Positions 39,580 to 49,865 of a stretch of 64,000 nucleotides of DNA are shown piece after piece. Source of the DNA: Bdellovibrionales bacterium (GTDB lineage: Bacteria > Bdellovibrionota > Bdellovibrionia > Bdellovibrionales > UBA1609). The notes beneath the pieces were generated by a model. The model was not told the DNA's origin and searched no databases. It saw only the letters and a list, made by a program, of their open reading frames with translations. A program made the position numbers and the translations under genes. The stretch lies in assembly GCA_041690295.1 (NCBI GenBank), contig JAWLHR010000001.1, positions 192,001 to 256,000 of the forward strand, written 5' to 3'. Numbering within the stretch: position 1 is the first letter of the stretch; each line of letters begins with the position of its first letter.

Positions 39580-39611
39580 AAAAAGCGCGACCGTCAGGCC
39601 GCGCTTCATTT
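39578..39611. terminator. Intrinsic terminator between convergent genes
   Basis: A-run + AAGCGCG...CGCGCTT stem. Confidence 0.55.
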
Positions 39612-39633
39612 CGACTCGAAAAACCTTAAGCGA

Positions 39634-40056
39634 TTAACCGCAAACGTTTTTCAGGTTTTGGTAAAGCTCAACGCCATCTTTCGCCGGAGCCACCACAGTG
39701 TCGTACTGCGACTGGATTTTGTCGGCGCTGCCGCAGTTCATGACTTCGATCAAACCGTCAACATATTCGCCTTGGCCCACGGCCAATTGCTGTTTGAGAT
39801 TCGAATAGTTGTTCACAACGTAGTTCACGGCTTCTTTTTCGTTGGACGCGAACGAAAGTTGCTTACATCCCAAAGTACCAGTGGTCATACCGAAAGCCGG
39901 CGGAACGAAAACGTTGGTCGTTCCCCGCGTGGTGGTGGCGATCATGGTTTCGTCGGAAGTGACTTCCCAACCGAGACCGCAGCCGTCCATCGTGTCACGA
40001 GCGTGGCTGATCATAGGAAGTGCTAAAACTAAAAGTGCTGTTGCTAAAAGGCGCAT
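39634..40056 (-). CDS. DUF3015-family secreted protein
   Basis: Signal peptide, GCGLG, FGMTTGTLGC, GQGEY. Confidence 0.82.
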   Translation of the reverse strand: MRLLATALLVLALPMISHARDTMDGCGLGWEVTSDETMIATTTRGTTNVFVPPAFGMTTGTLGCKQLSFASNEKEAVNYVVNNYSNLKQQLAVGQGEYVDGLIEVMNCGSADKIQSQYDTVVAPAKDGVELYQNLKNVCG

Positions 40057-40119
40057 GTTTCCTCCGTTAGGATTGCTGTTTCTTCGTTGTCTTCATGGTC
40101 AGCTAGATTCTTTAGGGAT

Positions 40120-41961
40120 TCAACGGAAATATGAGATCCATTCCAACCGAAACTCCAACCATGCGGGCCGACCGAAATGGTCATCATGATGAATGTATGA
40201 GGTTTGCCGAAGTTCTTGATTGCGGGAAATAGGAGTTGAATGTTCCCACCGGAGTTCATTGGCGATCGAATTCCAAAAACGGCGACCGACCAACCGCATC
40301 TTATATTTTTCCTTGGGCTTCCATATCCATCCCAGCTCCAATCCGGGACGCAAGCGATAACCGTGTTGCAATTGGGAATGAACCTCAGCTTTGCCTAAAG
40401 CGAAGGCATATAGCCGGTAGGCGTGATCGCCCAACGCCAGCCCGTACGCTGCCTCAAATCCGGGCAGTAAACAATTCTGGCATTCCCGCCCCCGTTCGGT
40501 TTCGGCCGCCCAACGCAATCGCCACGACGGCCGCTGGTCAAAATGGGTTAAGGGAAACAACGACGTGGAACTGATCAACCCCAACTCTTGCAACCGCGCC
40601 CCTTTTTTATCCGCATGAAATTCCACCCAGGGGAACTCGATTTCAGAAAACGGCGTGAAGCCGTGATCCGGCGCTAAAAGATCATGGTACGCGGACTTCA
40701 GTTTCAATCGGAAAAGCGAGGTGGCGCCAATTTCATCCCTCTCCAACCACCCGCCGCTGAAATGCGCGGAGTACGGATCATGCCCCCAATCCGGTCGGCT
40801 GGTGAGAAGATGCGCCGGCGGTTCAATCCGCATCGGGGACGTGGGATTTTTGGAACGAAGCTCAAGAACCTGATTTTCGCGAGCCTGATCCTCCGCGCTC
40901 CATTTTCGTTTTTTACGAGCTTTCCTGTGGAGAATTCCCGTCAGCAGAGTGTCCATTACGCGAACACTCATTCGTTCGGGCGCGACGGTTTTGCCGTTCA
41001 TATAATCGCGATAAGTTTTTCGCTCCTCATCGGAGAGATGCGCGAACTGCATTTCAAGCTGGTGGTAAAGCGAGGGGCGAAATCGCACTTCCCGAACCGC
41101 TCCCGGCACATCACTCACCCGCTTGATCGTTTCACCGGGAATGACATAAATCCGGTGTTCCGACAGGTTCCAATCCGGTTTGATGGCCTCAATAGCCCGC
41201 AGAATTTGATAAGAACAGTTTTCATCAAAAAAGAAATAATCGAAGTGACTGTTCACTTCGAGTTCCCAAATGTGCGCGAGCAGGCGGAGCGTTTCCTGCT
41301 GATTGAGCGTGAGTTGATATTCCCAAAGGTCACGGCTTTCGGCATTGATGTAGTCGTTGACCTTTTTGAAATAAGGATCGCGCGACCAAGTGCCCTGATA
41401 ACCGCCGAACACGCCCAGATACATGAAGGCAAAAATGTTCGCATCCGGAGGCGTAAAGGCGGCGTAATTGATTCCACTGTCCAGCAACTCGTTTTTTCGA
41501 TCGGATTCGATTTTCAAAAAAGAATGTCCGAACATGCTGGCGGGATTATTCGGATAAGCACTCGAAAAGACCAATGTGGTCGCCTTGGCGCCATGAAAGC
41601 CGCTTAAAAATTCCTTAAAAACCGGGCAATCCACTGGTTTGATATCCGCCCGAGTATGCTCCATTAAAAAACGAAACCTCTCCGGAAAGGCGCATTGAGG
41701 GTGAAGTTTAAGCCGGCTGACCTTTAGGTCCTGCTTGAATGCCTCCAGCGAAGCTTCAATTTCGGCGCGGGGATTGGTGCGTCCATCGGGCGCGAAATAA
41801 AATCCCTTACCATCAAGTTCGCTCTTAAACCCGTTTCCATGGGGTTGATAATGCATGAGCCGCAACCACTCACGCGAGTACGCCAAATCCGGCGCATCGG
41901 CGCGAACCGGGTCGATATTCAGGATAACCAGTAGGACCAAAAGAAAATTCAAAACCCGCAA
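40120..41961 (-). CDS. DUF4105 (Lnb-N-like) domain protein with probable C-terminal beta-barrel
   Basis: QCAFPERF, PASMFGHSFL, ESRDLWEY, YFFFDENCSY, AYHDLL. Confidence 0.82.
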   Translation of the reverse strand: MRVLNFLLVLLVILNIDPVRADAPDLAYSREWLRLMHYQPHGNGFKSELDGKGFYFAPDGRTNPRAEIEASLEAFKQDLKVSRLKLHPQCAFPERFRFLMEHTRADIKPVDCPVFKEFLSGFHGAKATTLVFSSAYPNNPASMFGHSFLKIESDRKNELLDSGINYAAFTPPDANIFAFMYLGVFGGYQGTWSRDPYFKKVNDYINAESRDLWEYQLTLNQQETLRLLAHIWELEVNSHFDYFFFDENCSYQILRAIEAIKPDWNLSEHRIYVIPGETIKRVSDVPGAVREVRFRPSLYHQLEMQFAHLSDEERKTYRDYMNGKTVAPERMSVRVMDTLLTGILHRKARKKRKWSAEDQARENQVLELRSKNPTSPMRIEPPAHLLTSRPDWGHDPYSAHFSGGWLERDEIGATSLFRLKLKSAYHDLLAPDHGFTPFSEIEFPWVEFHADKKGARLQELGLISSTSLFPLTHFDQRPSWRLRWAAETERGRECQNCLLPGFEAAYGLALGDHAYRLYAFALGKAEVHSQLQHGYRLRPGLELGWIWKPKEKYKMRLVGRRFWNSIANELRWEHSTPISRNQELRQTSYIHHDDHFGRPAWLEFRLEWISYFR

Positions 41962-42003
41962 ACTCCTTGCGCGAACATTATAGTTAGTGAATTCTTCGAT
42001 CCA

Positions 42004-42843
42004 GTGAAACTTCGTTTGTTCTTATTAATCAATTTGCACTTCTTCTTAACGGGCTGCGCTGGACTGCTTTATTACCCCACCCGCACCCTCTACGTTGACC
42101 CGCAAAAATTAAATCCCGCGCCCGAACTGGTGAAATTTGAACTGAATAAGAATATCGAAATTCACGGCTGGCGCTTCAAAACCATCAAGCCGCCCGCACG
42201 AGCCGTGATTTTGTTTTTTCACGGAAACGGCGGAAACCGCTCGGGACATTTCACCACATTGTATTGGATCATCAAACACGGCTACGACCTCGTCATCTTT
42301 GATTACCCGGGCTACGGCCAGACACGGGGAGACCCCACGCCCGAAAGCACGGTCCAAATGGGCAAAGCCGCCCTCCGCTACGTTCATGCGCAATACCCAT
42401 CCCTACCCTTGGTGGTTTATGGTCAAAGTCTCGGAGGAGCGGTGGCCATGCGTTCGGTTTGGGAGATGCGCCAGGAAATTCCCACCCAATTACTGATCGT
42501 CGATTCTTCGTTTCTTTCCTATAAGCGCGCGGCCCGCCGGGTGATGGCCAAATCGTGGCTCACTTGGGCCTTACAACCGCTGGCCTACATCTTGTTCAGT
42601 GATCGATGGGCTCCGGGAAAGAAAGTCGCGGAACTTTCAGGAATTCCACTCATAGTGATCCATTCGCGAACGGACGAAATCATTCCTTTCGACCTTGGCG
42701 AAGAAATTTACAACACCGCGCGCGAACCCAAAGAGTTTTGGATCAAAGAACGAGGAACGCACAACGAACCGTTCGCGGGTGAGGACGGACCGGCTTTACA
42801 AGCTCGCTTGCTGCAGGCTCTTGAGAAATATCTCAGCCGTTAA
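42004..42843 (+). CDS. Alpha/beta hydrolase lipoprotein
   Basis: LTGC lipobox, FFHGNGGN, DYPGYG, GQSLGG, HS..DEIIP, HN. Confidence 0.9.
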   Translation: MKLRLFLLINLHFFLTGCAGLLYYPTRTLYVDPQKLNPAPELVKFELNKNIEIHGWRFKTIKPPARAVILFFHGNGGNRSGHFTTLYWIIKHGYDLVIFDYPGYGQTRGDPTPESTVQMGKAALRYVHAQYPSLPLVVYGQSLGGAVAMRSVWEMRQEIPTQLLIVDSSFLSYKRAARRVMAKSWLTWALQPLAYILFSDRWAPGKKVAELSGIPLIVIHSRTDEIIPFDLGEEIYNTAREPKEFWIKERGTHNEPFAGEDGPALQARLLQALEKYLSR

Positions 42844-42954
42844 TTATTTTTTGCGCTTTTTACCGGGGCGATAACCCTTGGTGACTAAAATGCGCTTTTT
42901 CTTGGCTAAGCGACGGGCGTGATGACGATTCTTTTTCCGTTTACGAGCGGCCAT
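42844..42954 (-). CDS. 36-aa Lys/Arg-rich small protein (not in the ORF track)
   Basis: MAARKRKKNRHHARRLAKKKRILVTKGYRPGKKRKK*; AAGGGA SD 6 nt upstream; abuts the hydrolase stop codon. Confidence 0.7.
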   Translation of the reverse strand: MAARKRKKNRHHARRLAKKKRILVTKGYRPGKKRKK

Positions 42955-42985
42955 AAAAAATCCCTTTCGATTTCAATTTGCTAAA

Positions 42986-43423
42986 TCATGCCAAGGCATC
43001 GGTCAAGCTCAGCAAAGTGAGAAGTTGACCTTCGTGCTTGGCGACGCCGGTTAAAAAGGGGCTATTGGCCGAGCCTTTCGCCGTGGCCTTTCGGTCGATT
43101 TCGGAGTCATTAATAACCGCCACGGAATGCACTTTATCAACGATGGCGGCCAAGACTCCTTTTTCCGTGACGACAACCAATTGGCATAAGGGATGATCCG
43201 AACCCACGAGACCCAATTTCTCCCGCAGGTCGACCACGCCCATGATTTCTCCGCGAATATTGATAACGCCTTTATGGTGAGGAGCCGCGTTCGGGATGGG
43301 CTTAGGCGCATGAAATTCAATCACTTCGCGGACCTCAATCAAAGATGAGGCGAAAAGCTCTTCACCCATCTGATAAATCAAATACTTGTTTGGGGTTTCA
43401 TTGTCGGTTTCCGTTTCGAACAT
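42986..43423 (-). CDS. cheW: Chemotaxis coupling protein
   Basis: VREVI, IPNA, GVINIRGEIMGVVDLR, IVDKV. Confidence 0.92.
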   Translation of the reverse strand: MFETETDNETPNKYLIYQMGEELFASSLIEVREVIEFHAPKPIPNAAPHHKGVINIRGEIMGVVDLREKLGLVGSDHPLCQLVVVTEKGVLAAIVDKVHSVAVINDSEIDRKATAKGSANSPFLTGVAKHEGQLLTLLSLTDALA

Positions 43424-43425
43424 GA

Positions 43426-45096
43426 TCAGGCTCCCTGTTTCGTTTCAAAGTATTTCCGCGCCATCTCGCCCACATTGAGAATGATAGCCGGTTCACCGTC
43501 CGAAAGGATCGTGGAACCGCTGAAAAAACGGCTGATCGCGAGCGATTCGGCCAAGGGGCGCACGAACACCTGTTGCTGACCGACGATTTCATCCACGGAA
43601 AGGGCCAGCAATTGGTTTTGATGTTCAACGATGATTCCCGTTCTTGGATTATCTTCGACAAAATCATGTTGAGGCAGCGAAGCGTGCTTGAGGAACTCGG
43701 ACATTTCTTTGACGGGAATATAATGACCTCGCAGCGAAAGAATGCGACTGGCTCCGGCCTCGGCCACCTGCACGTCCGCCGTTCGCAAGTCCACAAGTTC
43801 CGACAAGCCCTGGTTGGGGACGGCGTATTGGCAGCCGTTGACTCGAATCACGAGCGCGTTAGTCACCGACAGATAAGTGGGAAGATGAATGGTGAAACGT
43901 GTCCCTTTGCCGACTTCGCTGGAAACGTCAACCCGGCCTCCCATTCGCGTCACCGTTTCCGAGACAACGTCCATGCCGACGCCACGCCCGCTGATATCGC
44001 TGATCTTTTCCGCGGTTGAAAGCCCCGGCAGAAAAATCAGCTGAAGTTTAGCGATATCGGACATGTTTTCGTTCACATTCACCAGGCCTTTTTCCACGGC
44101 TTTTGCGTAAACCTTGGCGGGATCAATCCCGCCACCGTCGTCTTCAAAGATCAATGTCGCTCCGCTGGCGGTGTTTTCAGCGGAGACCTTCACACTGCCC
44201 TCAATGGGTTTGTTACGCGCCTGGCGTTGTTCGGGTGTTTCGATTCCGTGATCGACCGCGTTTCGTGCCAAGTGAATAAGCGGATCAAGGATGCGATCGA
44301 TAATCAATTTATCAAGTTGAACGTCATCGCCAACACGGTTCACTTTGACCTGCTTGCCAAGGCGTGACGCCGTTTCACGAATCGCCCTTTCGATTTTCTG
44401 AAAAAGTCCCTCGACCGGAACCAAACGTAACGCCACGGTCGTATCTTGAAGGTCCTGAGCCAATTTGCTTTGTTGATCGATCACATTGCGAACCAGATTG
44501 TTTTCGAGACCACCTTCACGGGCGGCACGTTGGAGAATCGACTGATTCAACGAAATCTCACCCACCAATTGCATTAATTGATCGAGCTTGGCCGCCGACA
44601 CGCGTACGGTATCTTCCGCCCGCTGACTATGCGAAACCGCCGGCGCCGGTTCGGAAACCGGCGTGGATTCGGCGACCGGCGCGGGCTCGGGACGAGCTTT
44701 TTCCTCTCCGGGTTTCGCTTCCAAAAGATTTTTCATGCGCCCTTCGAGCGCACTCGTGTCAATCGTGATCGTTGGCGTATCTTGGAGCTTGGCCGCCCAA
44801 TCGTGAAGCACGCGTTCCATTTCAAGGAGGATCGTGACAACTGCCGCATCGGGAGCCTTGCCCTTATCTCTCAATTTCACAAGGAAATCTTCAAACAAGT
44901 GCAGCTTGGATGCGAGTTCGCTCAATCCGGTCAGGCCGGCCGCGCCTTTCAAATTATGCGCGCAACGAAGCAGGGGCTCATAACCCGCCACGCCATCCGA
45001 CTCCTGCAGGCGTAAACACACACGTTCCCATTCCAGGAGCGTATCTTTGGCGTCTTGAATGAAATATTGAAGCAAAGAAAGATCTATTTCGCTCAC
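43426..45096 (-). CDS. cheA: Chemotaxis histidine kinase
   Basis: AHNLKG (P1), VRVSAAKLDQLMQLVGE, HLARNAVDHGIE, SGRGVGMD, C-terminal CheW-like domain. Confidence 0.95.
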   Translation of the reverse strand: MSEIDLSLLQYFIQDAKDTLLEWERVCLRLQESDGVAGYEPLLRCAHNLKGAAGLTGLSELASKLHLFEDFLVKLRDKGKAPDAAVVTILLEMERVLHDWAAKLQDTPTITIDTSALEGRMKNLLEAKPGEEKARPEPAPVAESTPVSEPAPAVSHSQRAEDTVRVSAAKLDQLMQLVGEISLNQSILQRAAREGGLENNLVRNVIDQQSKLAQDLQDTTVALRLVPVEGLFQKIERAIRETASRLGKQVKVNRVGDDVQLDKLIIDRILDPLIHLARNAVDHGIETPEQRQARNKPIEGSVKVSAENTASGATLIFEDDGGGIDPAKVYAKAVEKGLVNVNENMSDIAKLQLIFLPGLSTAEKISDISGRGVGMDVVSETVTRMGGRVDVSSEVGKGTRFTIHLPTYLSVTNALVIRVNGCQYAVPNQGLSELVDLRTADVQVAEAGASRILSLRGHYIPVKEMSEFLKHASLPQHDFVEDNPRTGIIVEHQNQLLALSVDEIVGQQQVFVRPLAESLAISRFFSGSTILSDGEPAIILNVGEMARKYFETKQGA

Positions 45097-45164
45097 CAGA
45101 AGATTTTAACAAAGCTCACCGACTGGCACCATTCCCGAGGCTCCGCCTCGTCTTCAGGCTAGCC

Positions 45165-45193
45165 TTTACATTATGTTTTCCTGGGCCCATAAT
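45165..45193 (+). promoter_or_regulatory. Sigma-70 promoter, probably for a leaderless cheY mRNA
   Basis: TTTACA-N17-CATAAT, 7 nt before ATG 45201. Confidence 0.6.
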
Positions 45194-45200
45194 GTTGAGC

Positions 45201-45593
45201 ATGTCTCTAAATCAAAAAACTGTATTGATTGTCGACGATATGATGAGCATTCGCGTGAAGTTGCGAAAGCTCTGCACGGATATGGGAATCGGCACCATTT
45301 ACGAAGCTCCCGATGGTCAACAAGCGCTTGATCTTATCAATTCCCGGCCGGTCGACCTGGTTCTTTCGGACTGGAACATGCCCAACATGAATGGGCTGAG
45401 TTTTTTGCAGAAAATGCGGGCCAACGAGAAGTTCAAGCAATTGCCAGTGATTTTCATCACTTCAGAAAACGAAAAAGCCTCGATTCTTCAGGCCCTGGTC
45501 CTTGGTGTGACGGATTATATCGTCAAGCCCTTTACCGACGATGCCGTCATCCGAAAAGTGTCTCAAGTGTTAGGGAACGAAAACAAAGGCTGA
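45201..45593 (+). CDS. cheY: Chemotaxis response regulator
   Basis: IVDD, SDWNMP, ITSE, YIVKPF. Confidence 0.88.
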   Translation: MSLNQKTVLIVDDMMSIRVKLRKLCTDMGIGTIYEAPDGQQALDLINSRPVDLVLSDWNMPNMNGLSFLQKMRANEKFKQLPVIFITSENEKASILQALVLGVTDYIVKPFTDDAVIRKVSQVLGNENKG

Positions 45594-45600
45594 CGTACAG

Positions 45601-46446
45601 ATGCCCATGGCCAACCGAATCTCCTCGACGGTGCTCGAAGGGGTTAATTATATCAGTGTGGGTGCGGGTCTATCCGACGAGGATGTCCGTCAGTTCGAAC
45701 AGAATCTGCCGCAATGGGCGAACTTACCGGTGGAACTGCACGTTCTCGACATGAAAAACCTAAGCGGGGTGCCTGAGCGTTTTTTTAAGGCCATCAACAA
45801 CTTCGCGGGACTCCTTTCTTTGCGGCACACCAACCTGATTTCCATTAACGTCAGCGATGTTTTGTTCGGTGAGATCACCCGCCACGGTTTAGCCCACGTC
45901 TTCAACCGGGTGGAGTCCGTCACCTCGGCTCTAACTCAAAAGAAGCGTGAACTTTCCGAAACCGAACTTAAGCGGCTCCTGTTCAAATACCTGATTCGCG
46001 CCGCTCACCTGGCTCTTGAAGTCACGTGCAATTCAACCGTGACCTGCGACGAAAATTACATGTCAAATCCGGCGCGGGTTCCCTACGAAAAAATTGATTT
46101 GATTTCGGTCATCGACGTCCGCGGCGAATTCTTGAACGCGCAATTTCGCTTGTGCGCCTCGTCCGATGTGCTCACCGAACTCGCCAAAGCCATGCTCAGC
46201 CTTCCGGTGGTCGAACCGGAGATGGTTGAAAGCATGGCCCAAGAACTATTGAATTTGATTTATGGTAATGCCAAGTCGAACTTGAACGAGAATGAATCGT
46301 TTCGCTTGCCTCCGGCCATCCCTAAACTTTATCGACGGCCGGATTTCAAGCAGATCAAACGTTCAACGCCTCCGCAACTCACGGTATTGCCCCTTGTGAC
46401 CCCGCTCGGATCGTTCTACGTCGAGGTCGATTTCGGGGCGGCCTAG
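45601..46446 (+). CDS. STAS-like + CheX-like phosphatase
   Basis: C-terminal ELLNLIYGNAK (ExxN) and PPAIP; N-terminal VLDMKNL STAS-like pattern. Confidence 0.7.
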   Translation: MPMANRISSTVLEGVNYISVGAGLSDEDVRQFEQNLPQWANLPVELHVLDMKNLSGVPERFFKAINNFAGLLSLRHTNLISINVSDVLFGEITRHGLAHVFNRVESVTSALTQKKRELSETELKRLLFKYLIRAAHLALEVTCNSTVTCDENYMSNPARVPYEKIDLISVIDVRGEFLNAQFRLCASSDVLTELAKAMLSLPVVEPEMVESMAQELLNLIYGNAKSNLNENESFRLPPAIPKLYRRPDFKQIKRSTPPQLTVLPLVTPLGSFYVEVDFGAA

Positions 46447-46865
46447 TCCCTGATCTCCAGGACTTTGACTTTTCCCTCGCCTTTAGCGGAAGCGGATCTG
46501 GGGATCACGCCCAAACCGCCTTTGGCATCGGCCACGCAGGAAATCAGGTCATCAACCGAATCCCTGGTTTTCGGCGCGCGACCTGAACCGGTGAGCTCCT
46601 TTTTAACCCATTCCTGATTGAACTGAGTTTTCGAGGTGCCCAAAACGGTGGCGAAAACGCCTTCACCTTCCTTGGTGCCGAGCAGGCAAGGTTCAACCGT
46701 CACGCCCCCTAAAGAGGTTTTATTTCCGAACAATATGGCTTTAAGCTCATTTCTACTCATCGAACCTTGGCCGATCGAGGGGTTGACGATGACCACGTAT
46801 TCCGCCTGAGCCATTGCGCTCACCCCGATAAAGCCGATAAAAACCAAAAGCTTCGTGAAAATCAT
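46443..46865 (-). CDS. Small single-domain periplasmic binding protein-like
   Basis: Signal peptide, VVIVNPS, ELKAILFG, W...TGSGRAP, GGLGVI. Confidence 0.75.
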   Translation of the reverse strand: MIFTKLLVFIGFIGVSAMAQAEYVVIVNPSIGQGSMSRNELKAILFGNKTSLGGVTVEPCLLGTKEGEGVFATVLGTSKTQFNQEWVKKELTGSGRAPKTRDSVDDLISCVADAKGGLGVIPRSASAKGEGKVKVLEIRD

Positions 46866-46877
46866 GTCCTACGCTCC

Positions 46878-48098
46878 TTACATCCGCCAGTAATATGAAA
46901 ACGAAAATCGCACTTCGCCGTAATCCGCGCTCTTGCCGAGCATATCTTGCTCATGCAAGCTGTAATCGGCCTTGATCGCCACCGGGGGAAGCGGACGATA
47001 AACCAAACCGGCGGTCCATTTCCGGATCAATCCTTCATCATCGCCTCCGGCTTCGTTGTCACCGCCGAACTTTTTGGATTGGACGGTTTCTTCGTTCAGG
47101 TAGTTATCGTATTGGACGTAAGGAGTGAATTCACCAACGTCGTCGGAACGAAGAGTGTAACCGATGCGCGCGTACCACGTGCGGATCGTGTATTCGGCGA
47201 CCAAATTATTGGTCCCTGTCCCGCATCCGAACCGCTCATATTGTCGGCGATTCAAAGGAGCACCCGTACACAAGTTGGTGACGGCATTATCACTTCGGCG
47301 TCCTTTATGCGGTGAAAGAAAATACGAAAGCTGAACCGTCCAGCGATCATCCTGAAATTGGCCGAAAACACCGTAAGCCATGTATTGATCCGCTTCCATC
47401 CAGGGGAGAATGCCGCCATTGGGTGAATTGGTCCCTCCGGTCGCCGTGGGCGCCGACGCGGACGAAACGCCATCGCCGCCGGTGGTGTAAAACGAGGCGC
47501 CGAATAACCATTTGGCGTCTTGAATGTAGCGAACATCCAGTCCGAACGGGAATTCATCGCTTTTACGCTCGTCATTTCCAGTGGTGAATGAGTAACGGAT
47601 CATCCCTGGACCCGCTTGCGTCATTCCGTGCAACATCAGATTCGTGGTTCGGGTCAACAGCAAATGGTCGCCGTCGAAAAGCTCCGGCGGCTCAATGCCG
47701 ATGTAGGTGGGAACCGCATCGAGGATCTCGTTATAGATCTCGAAAGGCCGATAGAATTTACCGATGCGAAACATCAAGTAATCTTCCATGAGCTTGGCTT
47801 CAACCCAGGCATTGCTGACTTCAACGCCTTCCGCCTCAGGCGCTTTCAGATTCAGAAAAGTTTTGAACCGGTTGTTCAACGCACTCTGCATCACAAAGTG
47901 AATATCGCGTGCGCTGTACTCGGTTACCGCTTTATCATCGCTACGCGTAAAAGTCCCGCCGGTTCCGCTCAGTTGCGGTTGGTCTTGGGACTTCTCAGTG
48001 TATCCGTTGATGTAGCCGTAGAACGTGGTTTTCTGCTCTTGCGCGCTCGCCGCCGCGCCTAGACCTAAGGCGAGTGCCAAGACCCAAAGGATTTTCAT
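46878..48098 (-). CDS. Outer-membrane porin-like beta-barrel
   Basis: Signal peptide, FYGYI, AWVE...[15 protein letters not shown]-terminal FSFSYYW. Confidence 0.75.
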   Translation of the reverse strand: MKILWVLALALGLGAAASAQEQKTTFYGYINGYTEKSQDQPQLSGTGGTFTRSDDKAVTEYSARDIHFVMQSALNNRFKTFLNLKAPEAEGVEVSNAWVEAKLMEDYLMFRIGKFYRPFEIYNEILDAVPTYIGIEPPELFDGDHLLLTRTTNLMLHGMTQAGPGMIRYSFTTGNDERKSDEFPFGLDVRYIQDAKWLFGASFYTTGGDGVSSASAPTATGGTNSPNGGILPWMEADQYMAYGVFGQFQDDRWTVQLSYFLSPHKGRRSDNAVTNLCTGAPLNRRQYERFGCGTGTNNLVAEYTIRTWYARIGYTLRSDDVGEFTPYVQYDNYLNEETVQSKKFGGDNEAGGDDEGLIRKWTAGLVYRPLPPVAIKADYSLHEQDMLGKSADYGEVRFSFSYYWRM

Positions 48099-48206
48099 GT
48101 TGAACCCTCCCTAATGATGTCCGCCCTTTGTTCCGAAACAATATTGAAGTTTTCCATATATTTGGGACTCTTTTGTCCACGAATGCAAGAACTATTGGAG
48201 TCATCG

Positions 48207-49865
48207 ATGACCCGAGCCCACACATTACAAGGTCGGATATTAAGATCGCTTTTCGCGGTCGGCTTGGCTGTTTGCGCACTGACCGGCGTTTCGCTGTTCA
48301 CGATATTCAAAGCGCAATCATCCTTTCTCGCCAAAACCGCCGACTTGGAAAAGAATCGCCGGCACTTCCTGGAGCTGCGCCTCTCCCTGGAACAAACCAT
48401 CAGCGCCTTCGAACTCCTCGGGGTCAGCAAAGGCGAGTCGGGTCTTCAACATCTCGAAGTCATTCGAAAGGCCAAAGCCTCTTTCATTGCGGAAATCGAA
48501 TCTCTGCAGAAAGACAATGCCGGGCGTGATTGGGCCGATGACCTGAAAACCGTGCAGGAGAAGTTTGAAGCCGCCGACGCAATCGGACGTGAGACCGCGC
48601 TCGCCTTCGTGGAGAACAAGATCGAACAAGGCAATGCCAAACGGGAGCTGCTCTACGCCCGACTGAACGAACTGAGGACGGATCTGGACCAGATCCATGC
48701 CGCGATTTCGTCATTTCACTCCAACCAACTCCAAAGGCTGCTCAACACCCTTTTGTTTTTGATCATTCCGGTGGCGCTCATCTGCTTGATCGGACCCGGC
48801 CTTTATGTGTGGTTAAGTACTCGTAAAATCAACTCCGAAATTTCCAGCTTCGTGGGTACTCTTTTCGGCTTCGCCGAGCAAAACGATCAAACCTCCGAAA
48901 CACTTAAAGAAGCGGCACAAAGCCTCTCCAGCGCGAGCAACGAACAATCGGCGGCCGTTCAGGAAACCGTGGCCTCGATCGCGGAAATTCGCAGCATGCT
49001 GGCGCAAACTTCCAACCACGTGCGCGAAGTCCAAAGTTTAACAGCCACCATGAATGATAAAACGCAGGATGGCAGTTTGATCATGAGTCGGATGGAATCC
49101 GCGATGATCGCCATTGAACAAACCAACGCCCAGTTGCAAAGCTTTGAAGAAATCATCGCGGCGATCAAACAAAAGACGCAAGTGATTAACGATATCGTGT
49201 TTAAAACCCAGCTCTTGTCCTTCAATGCCTCGATCGAGGCGGCTCGCGCCGGTCAATACGGCCGCGGATTCGCCGTGGTGGCCGAAGAGGTCGGCAAACT
49301 CGCGCATCTCAGCGGTAATGCTTCTAAAGAAATCGATCAGTTGCTTACCGACAGTCAGAAACGTGTTTCGCAGATCGTGGAAACCGTGCGCGAACGCGTG
49401 ACCGAAGGGAAAAATGTCACCAATGACGCCCTTAAGCGGTTCGGAGAGATCGCCACGCAAATCACGAGTGTCACCGAAAAGGTCAACCGCGTCGGTGAGG
49501 CCACTTTGGAACAAGAAGGCGGCGTCGAACAAACCGCCCGCGCCATGGATCAGATGGATGAAACCGCGATGGAGAACAAGAAAGCCGCGGATCAGATGAT
49601 GAAAATCGCCGAGCGAGTCCGTGAGTTGAACACGAGGATCCGCGAAGCCACCGACGGAATCCGCAGTTACATCAATGAAGATTCGCAATCTCCCGTGAGT
49701 AAGAAGATCGCCAGGCAAGATCGCCGACCGGACGCGGAAGGCACACCGTCCGAAGAGGTGATCGTGGACTTGGTCCATCGGCTGGCTCAGAAAAAACCAG
49801 GCCCGATCAGCCACGATCTCACGGCGGATGATCCGAGCTTCAAAGCCTCAAATGATAAGTCCTAA
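48207..49865 (+). CDS. Methyl-accepting chemotaxis protein
   Basis: Two TMs around a helical periplasmic domain; [30 protein letters not shown]. Confidence 0.95.
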   Translation: MTRAHTLQGRILRSLFAVGLAVCALTGVSLFTIFKAQSSFLAKTADLEKNRRHFLELRLSLEQTISAFELLGVSKGESGLQHLEVIRKAKASFIAEIESLQKDNAGRDWADDLKTVQEKFEAADAIGRETALAFVENKIEQGNAKRELLYARLNELRTDLDQIHAAISSFHSNQLQRLLNTLLFLIIPVALICLIGPGLYVWLSTRKINSEISSFVGTLFGFAEQNDQTSETLKEAAQSLSSASNEQSAAVQETVASIAEIRSMLAQTSNHVREVQSLTATMNDKTQDGSLIMSRMESAMIAIEQTNAQLQSFEEIIAAIKQKTQVINDIVFKTQLLSFNASIEAARAGQYGRGFAVVAEEVGKLAHLSGNASKEIDQLLTDSQKRVSQIVETVRERVTEGKNVTNDALKRFGEIATQITSVTEKVNRVGEATLEQEGGVEQTARAMDQMDETAMENKKAADQMMKIAERVRELNTRIREATDGIRSYINEDSQSPVSKKIARQDRRPDAEGTPSEEVIVDLVHRLAQKKPGPISHDLTADDPSFKASNDKS

